A DNA stretch of 64,000 bases from Clostridia bacterium. GTDB taxonomy: Bacteria; Bacillota; Clostridia; Oscillospirales; CAG-272. The notes beneath the pieces were generated by a model. The model did no database searches, was not told the origin of the DNA, and saw only the letters and a list, made by a program, of their open reading frames with translations. The position numbers and the translations under genes were made by a program. The stretch is from contig JAFQDK010000018.1 in NCBI GenBank assembly GCA_017399305.1, forward strand, positions 2,363 through 66,362, given 5' to 3'. This document shows, piece after piece, positions 9,508 to 17,943 of this stretch (positions are counted from its first letter, which is position 1; every line of letters starts with the position of its first letter).

Positions 9508-10857
9508 TTAAAAATAACTCCTTTTTCCTTTATTGCCTTTCAGCATTTTATTTCTGAATTTCTCCAAATCCTTGTCAAACTGCGTACGGTTGTCCACCTC
9601 TTTAGCAGGTGTTGTATATTGCAAACAGAAATAGCGAAGTGCATCGGGCAAATGCGTTATATCGTGTGGCTCTGTCATACAGTCAGTAGGCTTTTTTGCA
9701 TCTCTCTGTAACGCTGGCAAGCACTCTATAAGTTCTGTACAATTCGAAAATATCTTGAGCCTTGCATCATTCCCATGCAGTGTAAGCAATTCTTTTACCG
9801 CAAGCCAACCCGTTTCTCTGTTGCGATTTCCCTTTAACAGCGGCAAACCGTGTTCTCTGAAAATATCCGCTTTACTCTTCGCCGTTTCCTGTGACCTTGC
9901 CCATAAATCATCGGGCGCAACTGTGTATAATATCGTTTCATCGTCTGAAAGCTGCAATATATCCGCTGTTCCTTGTGAAATCGTTTTATCCGGCTTGGCA
10001 TATTCCCGATAAACATAATAGTTACCTCTTTCGTCGATAGCCAGCCAAAGACAAGCAAGGCAGTCAAGACCATAGTCAATAGTGCGATACTTTTTCCAAT
10101 TTTCCGGTATTTCAAATGGCTCTATTACATGAATGCTTCTGTCGAACTCCGAAAAATACTGCCCTGCAAGCATGTCCCAGTTGCCATCACGCCACGCCTG
10201 TCTCAGACCGTCTGACAGATTATCAAGCATTCTTATATACCCCGGGTCATTTTCAAGCAAGTTCTTGTTATCAAAAACTGTCGCAGCGATAAACTCATAA
10301 TCATCAGGGTTCTCACTTGCCCTGTATTTTTTGGAAACAAAAAGGCGTTTTACCCATTCATGCCCTACACCGCCGGGGTTGCAAGTCAAATACATTCGCT
10401 TGGGGAAGGCGTTCGCGCCTCGCAGACAAGCCGTAAGCGTTTCATACTGAAACTCTGTAAACTGTGTCGCCTCATCTATGAAAATAATGTCATATTCCTG
10501 CCCTTGATATTGCAGTACATCACTCTCTGATGCGCAATATCCAAGTTCAAGAATACTTCCATTGGGAAAATAAAAGCATTTTTCCTGTCTTACATACTTA
10601 GCAACGCCGTCAAGCAACGGTAAAAGTGCTCTTACGTGATTTCGTTCGAGGTCTTTATATGTACGGCGCAACAGAAGTATCTTTATCCCGTCATATCTGA
10701 TAGCCAGCAATGGGGCCTTTCGGTCAATAGCCCAAGACTTTCCACCGCCACGAGCTCCTCCGTATCCGACAAAACGCTTTCTTGATTTAAAAAAACGAGA
10801 TTGTTTAGGGTTTATCGTGGATATATCAATAGAAACTACCTTATCCGGCATAATCAT
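9508..10857 (-). CDS. terL: Terminase large subunit
   Basis: Walker A GGARGGGKS, Walker B-like YDIIFIDEA, C-terminal nuclease-like half; 449 aa. Confidence 0.9.
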   Translation of the reverse strand: MIMPDKVVSIDISTINPKQSRFFKSRKRFVGYGGARGGGKSWAIDRKAPLLAIRYDGIKILLLRRTYKDLERNHVRALLPLLDGVAKYVRQEKCFYFPNGSILELGYCASESDVLQYQGQEYDIIFIDEATQFTEFQYETLTACLRGANAFPKRMYLTCNPGGVGHEWVKRLFVSKKYRASENPDDYEFIAATVFDNKNLLENDPGYIRMLDNLSDGLRQAWRDGNWDMLAGQYFSEFDRSIHVIEPFEIPENWKKYRTIDYGLDCLACLWLAIDERGNYYVYREYAKPDKTISQGTADILQLSDDETILYTVAPDDLWARSQETAKSKADIFREHGLPLLKGNRNRETGWLAVKELLTLHGNDARLKIFSNCTELIECLPALQRDAKKPTDCMTEPHDITHLPDALRYFCLQYTTPAKEVDNRTQFDKDLEKFRNKMLKGNKGKRSYF

Positions 10858-11278
10858 CTATACCCTCGGGAAGTTTTATATCAACAGTTATTTTGCCGGT
10901 AGCATTGCCATCACAAAGCGCCTTCTTGTCATAAAGAGTGCCAATGGCAGTAGTCAAATGATTTATAGGTATATCCTTTTCGGTATCGTCAAGCTCTCTT
11001 TCAAGACGTTCAAGAGCTTTGTCTATAATTCGAGTAGCGGCCGCAGAGAATTCCTTTCTCTTTTCAACGAGAAGTTCCGAGAATTCAGGCTTGTCTTTGT
11101 TTTCTTTCACAATACCTTCTACGGTCTTTTCGTTCATGTTCAAACGCCTTGCTGTTTCTGCATAACTCCCAGTAACAGCCCACACCGCTATAATTTTATA
11201 TATTTGTTCTGTATCTGTCTTTTTTCCTCTTGCCAATACGCTCGTCTCCTTTCTATCTAACTTGCCGGTAATTTGCAA
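10841..11278 (-). CDS. terS: Terminase small subunit (HTH)
   Basis: 145-aa ORF overlapping terL start; N-terminal HTH (SYAETARRLNMNEKTVEGIV). Confidence 0.6.
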   Translation of the reverse strand: MQITGKLDRKETSVLARGKKTDTEQIYKIIAVWAVTGSYAETARRLNMNEKTVEGIVKENKDKPEFSELLVEKRKEFSAAATRIIDKALERLERELDDTEKDIPINHLTTAIGTLYDKKALCDGNATGKITVDIKLPEGIDDYAG

Positions 11279-11399
11279 ATAAAGTGAAAAACATCTTAAA
11301 TTTCACTTTTATATAAAGAAAAAGAGCATTTCTTTTGCCAAAACGCTCTTATATGTGCTAAATTTAATATTTTTTAACTTGCTTTTAACTTGCAGAAGT

Positions 11400-11542
11400 A
11401 ATACGGGCAGGGATTTGCACCCTGCATAAAGTGCCGCTTTCGGTGCGTTGCTAACGGTCGTACACATCCGTCGGTACGTGTAGTCGCACTTCTCCCGAGT
11501 GGATTTCTCCAGCTGAGCGTCTACCTATTCCGCCACCGTATA
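11400..11542 (-). ncRNA. tRNA-like element with about 70-nt internal insert (not a canonical tRNA)
   Basis: Minus strand: TATACGG-TG-GCGGAATAGGTAGACGC (type-II tRNA acceptor plus D-arm signature) ... GCAGGG-TGCAAAT-CCCTGC-CCGTAT (T-arm plus complementary acceptor 3' strand); no canonical anticodon arm found. Confidence 0.35.
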
Positions 11543-11551
11543 TTTCTGCTC

Positions 11552-11625
11552 TGGCAGAGCATCAAGGAATCGAACCTTGACACATGGGGCCCAAACCCAA
11601 TGCGCTACCTTTACGCTAATGCTCT
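11552..11625 (-). tRNA. Phage-encoded tRNA, anticodon most likely UGG (Pro)
   Basis: 74 nt ending GCCA; acceptor AGAGCAT/ATGCTCT, D-arm GCGT-AAAGGTA-GCGC, anticodon arm TTGGG-TTTGGGC-CCCAT, T-arm CAAGG-TTCGATT-CCTTG folded by hand. Confidence 0.7.
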
Positions 11626-11629
11626 GTAT

Positions 11630-11755
11630 TTATTTTTTCTCATATAAGCACCCGCTAAAAGGGCAATAATACACACCGCCACAGTTGACAAGCCACACAC
11701 ATTTGTGACATTTCTTCTGCAGCTCTTCTATCTTCTTGTATTCTTTGTAATTCAA
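11630..11755 (-). CDS. Small Cys-rich (zinc-ribbon-like) protein, TTG start
   Basis: 41 aa (L/M)NYKEYKKIEELQKKCHKCVWLVNCGGVYYCPFSGCLYEKK; GGAG 7 nt upstream; below track length cut-off. Confidence 0.3.
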   Translation of the reverse strand: MNYKEYKKIEELQKKCHKCVWLVNCGGVYYCPFSGCLYEKK

Positions 11756-11890
11756 AACATATCTCCAAAAGCAAAAACGGAACAACCTCTGCTGCTCCGT
11801 TTTCGCCAAAATTTTATTCTTCGGAGGTAACCTTTGCAGGTTTCCACAATACTGTTATATCACATATAAAGCGGGATTTTTCGGCAACTT

Positions 11891-12268
11891 TTATCTACCG
11901 AGGAATTTTCCTACTTTGCGCCTGATGGTACTTTCATCATAGTTCATTTCTGACGCGACTACCGTCCAAGGCTTACATTGCACAAAATATTTTCTCATCG
12001 CCGTCCGCATTGTACTGTCCTCGATAGACGATATGTATTCCCACACTGCCTTTCGCTCGGCTTCACACCGCTTCAGCTCCCCTTGCAGATACACAATCTC
12101 AGTAGCAAGTCTTGCCACTTTGTCATTACTTATGCTCGGTGCCCTTGGCGAATGTGATAGTACACTTGTCGCCGCAGCTTTTTCCGTTTCTTTCCTTGCA
12201 ATGTCACGCTCAAGCTGTCGGATTTCTTTTTCAATACCTCTTCGGTTCATTAAGGTCTGATAATCCAC
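11891..12268 (-). CDS. Putative late-gene transcriptional activator (sigma-70 region-4-like HTH, DUF1492/RinA-like)
   Basis: C-terminal MRTAMRKYFVQCKPWTVVASEMNYDESTIRRKVGKFL resembles region-4 HTH; located upstream of tRNAs/terS as in many Firmicutes phages. Confidence 0.45.
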   Translation of the reverse strand: MDYQTLMNRRGIEKEIRQLERDIARKETEKAAATSVLSHSPRAPSISNDKVARLATEIVYLQGELKRCEAERKAVWEYISSIEDSTMRTAMRKYFVQCKPWTVVASEMNYDESTIRRKVGKFLGR

Positions 12269-12282
12269 ACCGTACCTCCGTG

Positions 12283-12702
12283 TTAAACTTTGCTACCTTC
12301 TACAACCTTTGCCACAGGCTTTATGTATTCGCCCGGTCCTTCCTTGCTGTAAAACCCGCTTGTAGCCTTACCGTCCTCTACGATAATGCGCATACCCTCT
12401 TTTTCGAGGTAATAATCTCGCACACCGGTAACATCTTTGATGCATTCCCAATCAGAGAACACATAAGCAACGCTCTTTTTCTCAAGCTCAATACATCTCT
12501 TAATAGCATCATTACGCTCGAATAGCATCTTGTCGCCCCATTTGCGCTCATCGTCTCGCTCCTCGCGATACCGCTTGGCCGCACGCATAACCGCTATGCT
12601 CTCACGCTTCTCATATATGTACCCTATAAGCAAAAGCGCAATTATTAAACCTAAAACTCCGTAAATCATATTGGTTCTCCTCTCTAAAAACATTTGTCGC
12701 AA
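12283..12702 (-). CDS. Membrane-anchored hypothetical protein
   Basis: 139 aa, one N-terminal TM helix (IYGVLGLIIALLLIGYIY). Confidence 0.4.
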   Translation of the reverse strand: MRQMFLERRTNMIYGVLGLIIALLLIGYIYEKRESIAVMRAAKRYREERDDERKWGDKMLFERNDAIKRCIELEKKSVAYVFSDWECIKDVTGVRDYYLEKEGMRIIVEDGKATSGFYSKEGPGEYIKPVAKVVEGSKV

Positions 12703-13010
12703 ATATTATCATAAAGCCTATGTATCTTTTGCGCTTTGATCTGTGTCACTTTTGAATGGCAATTATTGATTATCTTTAATTGTTCAAGCATAATTTCAAC
12801 ATCGGCTATTTCTTCCGCTATGTTATGTTCTCGCCCTCGGTGCTTATGTGAAATTGCCTGTATCAATTCTGCAAGTTCTTCTATAGCAACTTCTTCTTGC
12901 TCACGCTCACCAAAAGTGCGTATAGCTGATACGAATATTTCTTCACAACTCAATATAGTATTCCTCGCTTTCTTGCCATATTGAACCGAGCAAATACAGC
13001 CCATACACAC
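12684..13010 (-). CDS. MazG-like nucleotide pyrophosphohydrolase
   Basis: EEVAIEELAELIQAISHK ... AEEIADVEIMLEQL: paired EExxE/D helices typical of small phage MazG. Confidence 0.6.
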   Translation of the reverse strand: MCMGCICSVQYGKKARNTILSCEEIFVSAIRTFGEREQEEVAIEELAELIQAISHKHRGREHNIAEEIADVEIMLEQLKIINNCHSKVTQIKAQKIHRLYDNICDKCF

Positions 13011-13182
13011 CGAGTCCGATAAAGACTAAGCCCAACACCCACAAACACAGCCGCGCCATGCCAAACATACAACAGCCTAAATATATCAACATACCACCAC
13101 CGATAAGCGATGTTAATATAACCGCCGAGCATAACGCTGCAACAAGAAATATCACAAATCCTATAAGTATTCTTTTAATCAT
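12943..13182 (-). CDS. Small two-TM membrane protein
   Basis: 79 aa, strongly hydrophobic. Confidence 0.4.
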   Translation of the reverse strand: MIKRILIGFVIFLVAALCSAVILTSLIGGGMLIYLGCCMFGMARLCLWVLGLVFIGLGVYGLYLLGSIWQESEEYYIEL

Positions 13183-13316
13183 TATGTATCACTCTCCCAT
13201 AAAATAGCCTGTCCGCAAGTACAATGATGTTCGGATAATTTAAGTTTGGCATCACATAAAGGGCAATGATAATCATAGGCATACTTTTCCCGCCCATCTA
13301 TTGTCTTTTTAGTCAC
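13182..13316 (-). CDS. Small zinc-ribbon protein, GTG start
   Basis: Hand translation: (M)TKKTIDGREKYAYDYHCPLCDAKLKLSEHHCTCGQAILWESDT; preceded by AGGTGA junction motif; stop overlaps next ATG (TAATG). Confidence 0.3.
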   Translation of the reverse strand: MTKKTIDGREKYAYDYHCPLCDAKLKLSEHHCTCGQAILWESDT

Positions 13317-13326
13317 TTACTTTCAC

Positions 13327-13509
13327 CTACCATTTCAAATAATTGTGCAAAGTATTCAATTCTCTACGAAGCCTTACTATGTCATTATTTATCTGTGTAT
13401 AATTGTTAACAACTTTCTCACCAGTATTTATTTTGATAGACTCTTCAAGCCTAATCGCTAACTCTTTACAAAATTTCGCTTGTTCTGTGATTTGTTTTCC
13501 GTTTTGCAT
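13327..13509 (-). CDS. Small hypothetical phage protein
   Basis: 60-aa ORF with RBS GGTAGGTGAGGG. Confidence 0.35.
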   Translation of the reverse strand: MQNGKQITEQAKFCKELAIRLEESIKINTGEKVVNNYTQINNDIVRLRRELNTLHNYLKW

Positions 13510-13643
13510 TTTCCCTCACCTACCCTTTCTTTAGCTCTTTTATCATGTGGACAATCTGTTTTCAAGCAGCCAATACAGTCAACTTCGCAATCTATAATCG
13601 TATCTATATCGGCAAAAAGCATTTCAAGACAAATCACTTGCTT

Positions 13644-13883
13644 TCACCTACCATTTCTTATATATTTTTTCCATTCTTTGCGAAATTCTCTTGAATGTTT
13701 CATCAAAATGTTAAATACTATCGCTGTATTTACTTGCTGTTGACTTTCAGGCATTGTAATATACCAATTTTCGCCAAGCAAATAGTCTTTTAAAAAGTTT
13801 ATTGCTTTTTGTGCTTCCATTGGTGGGTCACACATTCCGCAATCTTCAGCATCGTTTTTCAACCAAGCTGTGAATTTTTTCAA
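13644..13883 (-). CDS. Small hypothetical phage protein (TTG start)
   Basis: 79-aa ORF; start codon at 13881-13883 is TTG, preceded by AGGTGA. Confidence 0.4.
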   Translation of the reverse strand: MKKFTAWLKNDAEDCGMCDPPMEAQKAINFLKDYLLGENWYITMPESQQQVNTAIVFNILMKHSREFRKEWKKYIRNGR

Positions 13884-13952
13884 AGCTATTCACCTACCAT
13901 TTCTTTCGCAAGATTTAACGCATCTGCAATTTCCGCTAATTCATAATCGGTG

Positions 13953-14507
13953 TTAGTCCACATTGCTTTCGCCTACCATTTCTTTTTCAAGGTTGTCGGC
14001 ATATTCCCAATGATAACCACCTGTTGTTTTGTATTTTCCTTTACAACATTTTGCTATATTAGAGTCAAACAAACCGAGTTGCATAGCTGCCGATTTCGCA
14101 CTTTCAAACACTCTGCCCAACTCAACGCAATATACTTTTTTGCAATGACTTCTTGCGACCTTTTTATTGTGCTCTCCATAATTGAGATTATATTTTGCAT
14201 CGCACCACTCTAAATTGTCCGCACGATTATTTTTCTTGTTTTCATCTTTATGATTTATTTGTGGTAAGTTTTGCGGATTTGGTAAAAACGCTTCTGCCAC
14301 AAGTCTGTGAACTGTAACTTGCCTATTGAGCTTATCCTTGCATAAACGAACCTTAAAATATCCTCTTGACAAGAAAGGTTTTAAAAAGATATTTTTTCTG
14401 TAGCTCCACACTTTACCAGCAAAAGTCACGGCGTATAATCCTTCATATCCCTTTATATCAATCATTCTTGGTGCCTTCTTTATCTTCTCGTCTGTGTAGT
14501 TAGCCAT
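13953..14507 (-). CDS. HNH homing endonuclease (NUMOD4-type N-terminus)
   Basis: IKGYEGLYAVTFAGKVWS (NUMOD4-like) and HRLVAEAFLPNP...INHKDENKKNNRADNLEW (HNH). Confidence 0.75.
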   Translation of the reverse strand: MANYTDEKIKKAPRMIDIKGYEGLYAVTFAGKVWSYRKNIFLKPFLSRGYFKVRLCKDKLNRQVTVHRLVAEAFLPNPQNLPQINHKDENKKNNRADNLEWCDAKYNLNYGEHNKKVARSHCKKVYCVELGRVFESAKSAAMQLGLFDSNIAKCCKGKYKTTGGYHWEYADNLEKEMVGESNVD

Positions 14508-14955
14508 TGCTTTCTACCTTTTCTTTTAATTTTTTAATATTCCAATGATTCCACGGAGCTGCACTCATTTTTGCCACTTTTGATATTGCCGGACTTAACG
14601 CTGCTATATCACCATTGCTTTTAAGACTCTCGGCGAATTTGCATTTTTCACGCAAGTCAAGAAACTCTTCTTCTGAAAGTGTTACTCTACAATAGTAATC
14701 GAGCCTATTTTTATACTCATCGTCAATTTGAATCAAGCCTTTAAATATCGTTCTGTTAAACTCCTCTTTGAATTTTGGAAGATTAGCAAAACGAATAACA
14801 GGCTTGCCGCAGTTCGGGCAATATTTAAACGTTTCACCGAAGTATAATGGCGTTGATACTGATTCATACATATGCACATGATACTGGCACTCACTGCACT
14901 CATGATAAAGATAGGCGGTACCTCTATAAAATGGAGTAAATACTGCATCATCCAT
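14500..14955 (-). CDS. Hypothetical zinc-ribbon protein
   Basis: 151 aa, CSECQ...CPNCG. Confidence 0.45.
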   Translation of the reverse strand: MDDAVFTPFYRGTAYLYHECSECQYHVHMYESVSTPLYFGETFKYCPNCGKPVIRFANLPKFKEEFNRTIFKGLIQIDDEYKNRLDYYCRVTLSEEEFLDLREKCKFAESLKSNGDIAALSPAISKVAKMSAAPWNHWNIKKLKEKVESNG

Positions 14956-15127
14956 TGTTTATCTCCTTTTTCTTAATACAAAAGCTTGTGCCCTCGAGGT
15001 CCGCAACACTGACGCACTTGCTGAATGGCATAGTCTTTCTCATGTTCTTTCGGTTTCTCTCGCACTGAATAATGTCGCAGTCATCCTTCGAGCACCACGT
15101 TATATCATCAGAGTAATATTTAGGCAT
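14948..15127 (-). CDS. Small Cys-rich phage protein (59 aa)
   Basis: Hand translation MPKYYSDDITWCSKDDCDIIQCERNRKN...; RBS GGGAGG; stop overlaps next gene start; just under track cut-off. Confidence 0.4.
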   Translation of the reverse strand: MPKYYSDDITWCSKDDCDIIQCERNRKNMRKTMPFSKCVSVADLEGTSFCIKKKEINNG

Positions 15128-15138
15128 TCTGTACCTCC

Positions 15139-15591
15139 CTAAAACTGCGGCAACAAAGCCGGAACCTTACCGGAGATATATGCTGCTTCAATTTGTGGTT
15201 TCATAAAGTCACCGACAGTCTGGCCACCGGGAAGCACGATGTTCGACATAAATTCATCCTCAAACACGGATATTCCGCATTCGACCGCTTCAAGCTTAGC
15301 CTGTATGACGAGTTTGAGAGCGCGCCAACGTTGTCGGCACGCTTGCTCCCAAGCTTCGTATTGGCTGTTTTCGGTCCGTGTTCTTCCGGTAGCCGTTAAT
15401 GAAAACTCGGATTTTTCAGGCAACGGAAGAATAAACTTGACTTGCCTGTCGAACATCGAGAAACCTATCATCGCTCTCCCAGATGTCGTGGCATATGCAA
15501 AATTCTCCGCACCGTATCTAATAAGTATCTTCTCAATCTCAAGCCGTGACAGTTCAGAAGATACGCTTGTGTTCTTAGCATACTGTGCCAT
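15139..15591 (-). CDS. Hypothetical phage protein
   Basis: 150-aa ORF in early operon. Confidence 0.45.
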   Translation of the reverse strand: MAQYAKNTSVSSELSRLEIEKILIRYGAENFAYATTSGRAMIGFSMFDRQVKFILPLPEKSEFSLTATGRTRTENSQYEAWEQACRQRWRALKLVIQAKLEAVECGISVFEDEFMSNIVLPGGQTVGDFMKPQIEAAYISGKVPALLPQF

Positions 15592-16069
15592 TGTCTGCCT
15601 CCAACAGTTCGGGATTGTCGTGTATGTTGCCGATGTTTTCCAGCACTCTGGGGCAATTGCTCAACTGAAAATCGTTTTTACCGTCAAATGCATAAAAACC
15701 GATTGTTTTGCATTGAGAATATTTTTCCTTACAATACTCGCTCGGAATATACGAACCATATTTGATAAGAAAACGATACACTTTTTCTTCTTTTCGTCCT
15801 CTTAATTTTGACTGTATAATATCCCCCTCAAATATCTTCTTGCCGTTTGCCTCAAAGCCTGTGTACTGCCCTACGGTTTCGGGGATAACTGTGTAAATTC
15901 CTTCGCTTTGCTGCTCTCCATAAGCACCGCTAATTGTTTGTTTACCTGTGGTGATTATATGCTTTGTTCCAAGTTTTGAAGAGCCAATGTATGTATTAGT
16001 GCATACATAATACCCCTCTACCCACTCGCCGTTGTCTACACGCTTTCCTCGGAATAATATTTCTCTCAT
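15575..16069 (-). CDS. YopX-family protein
   Basis: MREILFRGKRVDNGEWVEGYY N-terminus characteristic of YopX. Confidence 0.7.
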   Translation of the reverse strand: MREILFRGKRVDNGEWVEGYYVCTNTYIGSSKLGTKHIITTGKQTISGAYGEQQSEGIYTVIPETVGQYTGFEANGKKIFEGDIIQSKLRGRKEEKVYRFLIKYGSYIPSEYCKEKYSQCKTIGFYAFDGKNDFQLSNCPRVLENIGNIHDNPELLEADNGTVC

Positions 16070-16115
16070 ATATGTACCTCACACCACTTCGGGTTAATGC
16101 TTATTAAAATTGATT

Positions 16116-17002
16116 TCATATATCTTCCTCGTCAAAAAATGTATATTGGTTAGCATCTTCCTGCAGCCACCATTGCATAACGCCTTTGCCATCTGTCCAC
16201 ATAGCGTGATTAGTAAGCCCTACCGCTTCTCTTGCAATGAGCATACAGTCAAATGCTTTTATATAAAGCTGCTTGTACTTCGGATATAGGGCAAACTCCC
16301 GCTTCATACTCGCCGTTCCGCCAAGCGGACAACCTATGCAACCTATACGCCTGAATCCGCATTGATACAAGGGATTGCTTTCGCACCCGTAATGATGCAG
16401 GAATTGCCACACATCGGATGTAGTCCAGTCTACAATGGGATTTACCATAAGCGATGTAGTGCGGTAGCAGGTCTCTACAACCTTGCGAGACTCTGCATTG
16501 TCTGTGTTGAGTACCACCCCCCCTTGGCGGTTAACATAAAATCCGCTCCGTTTTCCTCTGCAACCTTTTGAACAGTCTTGCTCTTACCAACAATCGTAAC
16601 GGGACCGTGATTGTTATTTCTATTTGCACTTTCTTCCCATCTCACACCAGTTATTTTTACTCGCCCTTTTCCGCCGTGTTCCTTAAGTTCCTCACAACAA
16701 TAACGCATTAAGCGCGTAGGCGGAATTTTCTTTTGTACTATCAAATCCCACATAGACTTTTCGGGATAATTGATATGCACATTCGGTATGCTCCTTATGT
16801 ATCGCACTGTTTCGGGAGCATCTACGGTGGTATGGTTGTTCTCAATATCGTGTTTTACCCCTGCAAGGCTTGCAAGTATGCGAATAGCATCGCTGTCCTT
16901 GCCGCCGCTATAACAGAGATAATACGGCTCATCGTGCGGCTCAAATGATTGCAGATATTTTATAGCCTGCTTTTCTTTGGATATGTTCATCCCCTCATAC
17001 AC
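16116..17002 (-). pseudogene. PAPS-reductase-family (phosphoadenosine phosphosulfate reductase-like) gene split by a frameshift in a G7 run
   Basis: ORFs 16475-17002 (PP-loop-like YSGGKDSD) and 16116-16517 (C-terminal CGFRRIGCIGCP) overlap at C7 run 16517-16523; adding one G fuses them (..AKGGVVLNTDNAES..). Confidence 0.7.
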
Positions 17003-17361
17003 TCCCTTACAAATTCAAGCGCATTATCAATTCGCTTTGCGATATTCTCAGCCTTTGCAACCGCCGCGTCAAACTCGGCTAAATTCTGCTGCCTGTAAAG
17101 CTGCAATGCAGTTATAAGTACTTCAAGATGTTCAGCCGCTTTCGCCGTGTCTATCCCTTTCGGTTCACTCACCGTAACAGGCTTGTCTACTTTAGGCTTT
17201 CTTCGCTTAGGAAGCTCCTTTTCGTCAACGCCTTGCTCGATAAGTATATCTATAATTGTGTCTTTTGGTACTGCGTTAAGCTCTGCAAGTATGCTTACTT
17301 GCTTCTTTTTGCTCTCTGCATTATTAAAGCTACGCAATATCTCTCCTTTATCCATTTGCAT
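16987..17361 (-). CDS. Hypothetical phage protein
   Basis: 124-aa ORF. Confidence 0.4.
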   Translation of the reverse strand: MQMDKGEILRSFNNAESKKKQVSILAELNAVPKDTIIDILIEQGVDEKELPKRRKPKVDKPVTVSEPKGIDTAKAAEHLEVLITALQLYRQQNLAEFDAAVAKAENIAKRIDNALEFVRECMRG

Positions 17362-17400
17362 TGCTATTTCTCCTTCGCTTATATAAGAAATATATATGTC

Positions 17401-17494
17401 TGTTTTATTTGTTTTGTTTTTATTTTTATTTGTTGCATTACTGCAACATTAATGAGGGTTTCTGTAACAAAAACTGCCGTTTCTGTCACAGAAA
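17401..17494. repeat. AT-rich tract plus iteron-like repeats (candidate phage origin)
   Basis: TTATTTGTT at 17406-17414 and 17426-17434; GTTTCTGTAACA 17458-17469 / GTTTCTGTCACA 17479-17490; palindrome TTTCTGTCACAGAAA 17480-17494; abuts DUF4373 gene. Confidence 0.35.
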
Positions 17495-17499
17495 TACTA

Positions 17500-17931
17500 T
17501 CATTCGGGCGCACTTTCCAAAGCCCTGTCCTCTTTTTCGCTTTCGGACAGAAGCCAATACTTAGACTTATCAACCTTGTTACGGCTCGTAACCTCCGCGT
17601 ATCGCTTTTGGATAGCCGCTGATGTTATCAAGTCCTTGCAGAGGAGCGCTTCATCGAATAGCCCTATCTCCCCACAATAGCGGATAATATCAACAACAAG
17701 GTTTTGACGATTCACCCATCTATACCCGATCATGCGAGTTATAACCTGTGCCATGCGTATAGCACTCATTTCGGCATAATATCCCTCTCGGTAAATAGTG
17801 CATAGACTTGCGACAAATACGGTAACGCCAAGAGGACCGTATTTGTCAACCAAATCCATAATTTTCAAATCGTCAAAAAAGTCTACATCAAAAGGAAAAT
17901 AGTCAAGCCCACGTTTAGGCGGTCTTGCCAT
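17500..17931 (-). CDS. DUF4373 (Lin1244/Lin1753-like) replication-organiser N-terminal domain protein
   Basis: MARPPKRGLDYFPFDVDFFDDLKI signature. Confidence 0.6.
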   Translation of the reverse strand: MARPPKRGLDYFPFDVDFFDDLKIMDLVDKYGPLGVTVFVASLCTIYREGYYAEMSAIRMAQVITRMIGYRWVNRQNLVVDIIRYCGEIGLFDEALLCKDLITSAAIQKRYAEVTSRNKVDKSKYWLLSESEKEDRALESAPE

Positions 17932-17943
17932 CTTTAATCCTCC

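Larger units (their letters stand above)
13322..13982 (-). repeat. Recurrent 15-nt gene-junction motif GAAATGGTAGGTGAA (minus strand), 5 copies
   Basis: Exact plus-strand TTCACCTACCATTTC at 13322-13336, 13643-13657, 13889-13903; 1-mismatch copy 13968-13982; core TCACCTACC at 13515-13523. Confidence 0.8.

Noticed and set aside
11279-11371. Hairpins upstream of terS (AAAGTGAAA...TTTCACTTT and AAGAGC...GCTCTT) as the pac/cos site or terminators of the tRNA unit
   Set aside because: The stems are short with long loops. I cannot distinguish between a terminator, a packaging site or chance from sequence alone.
15239-15805. 188-aa plus-strand ORF in the phage early region
   Set aside because: It spans the junction of two tightly coupled minus-strand genes (15139-15591 and the YopX gene). 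It has no RBS and runs against operon polarity.
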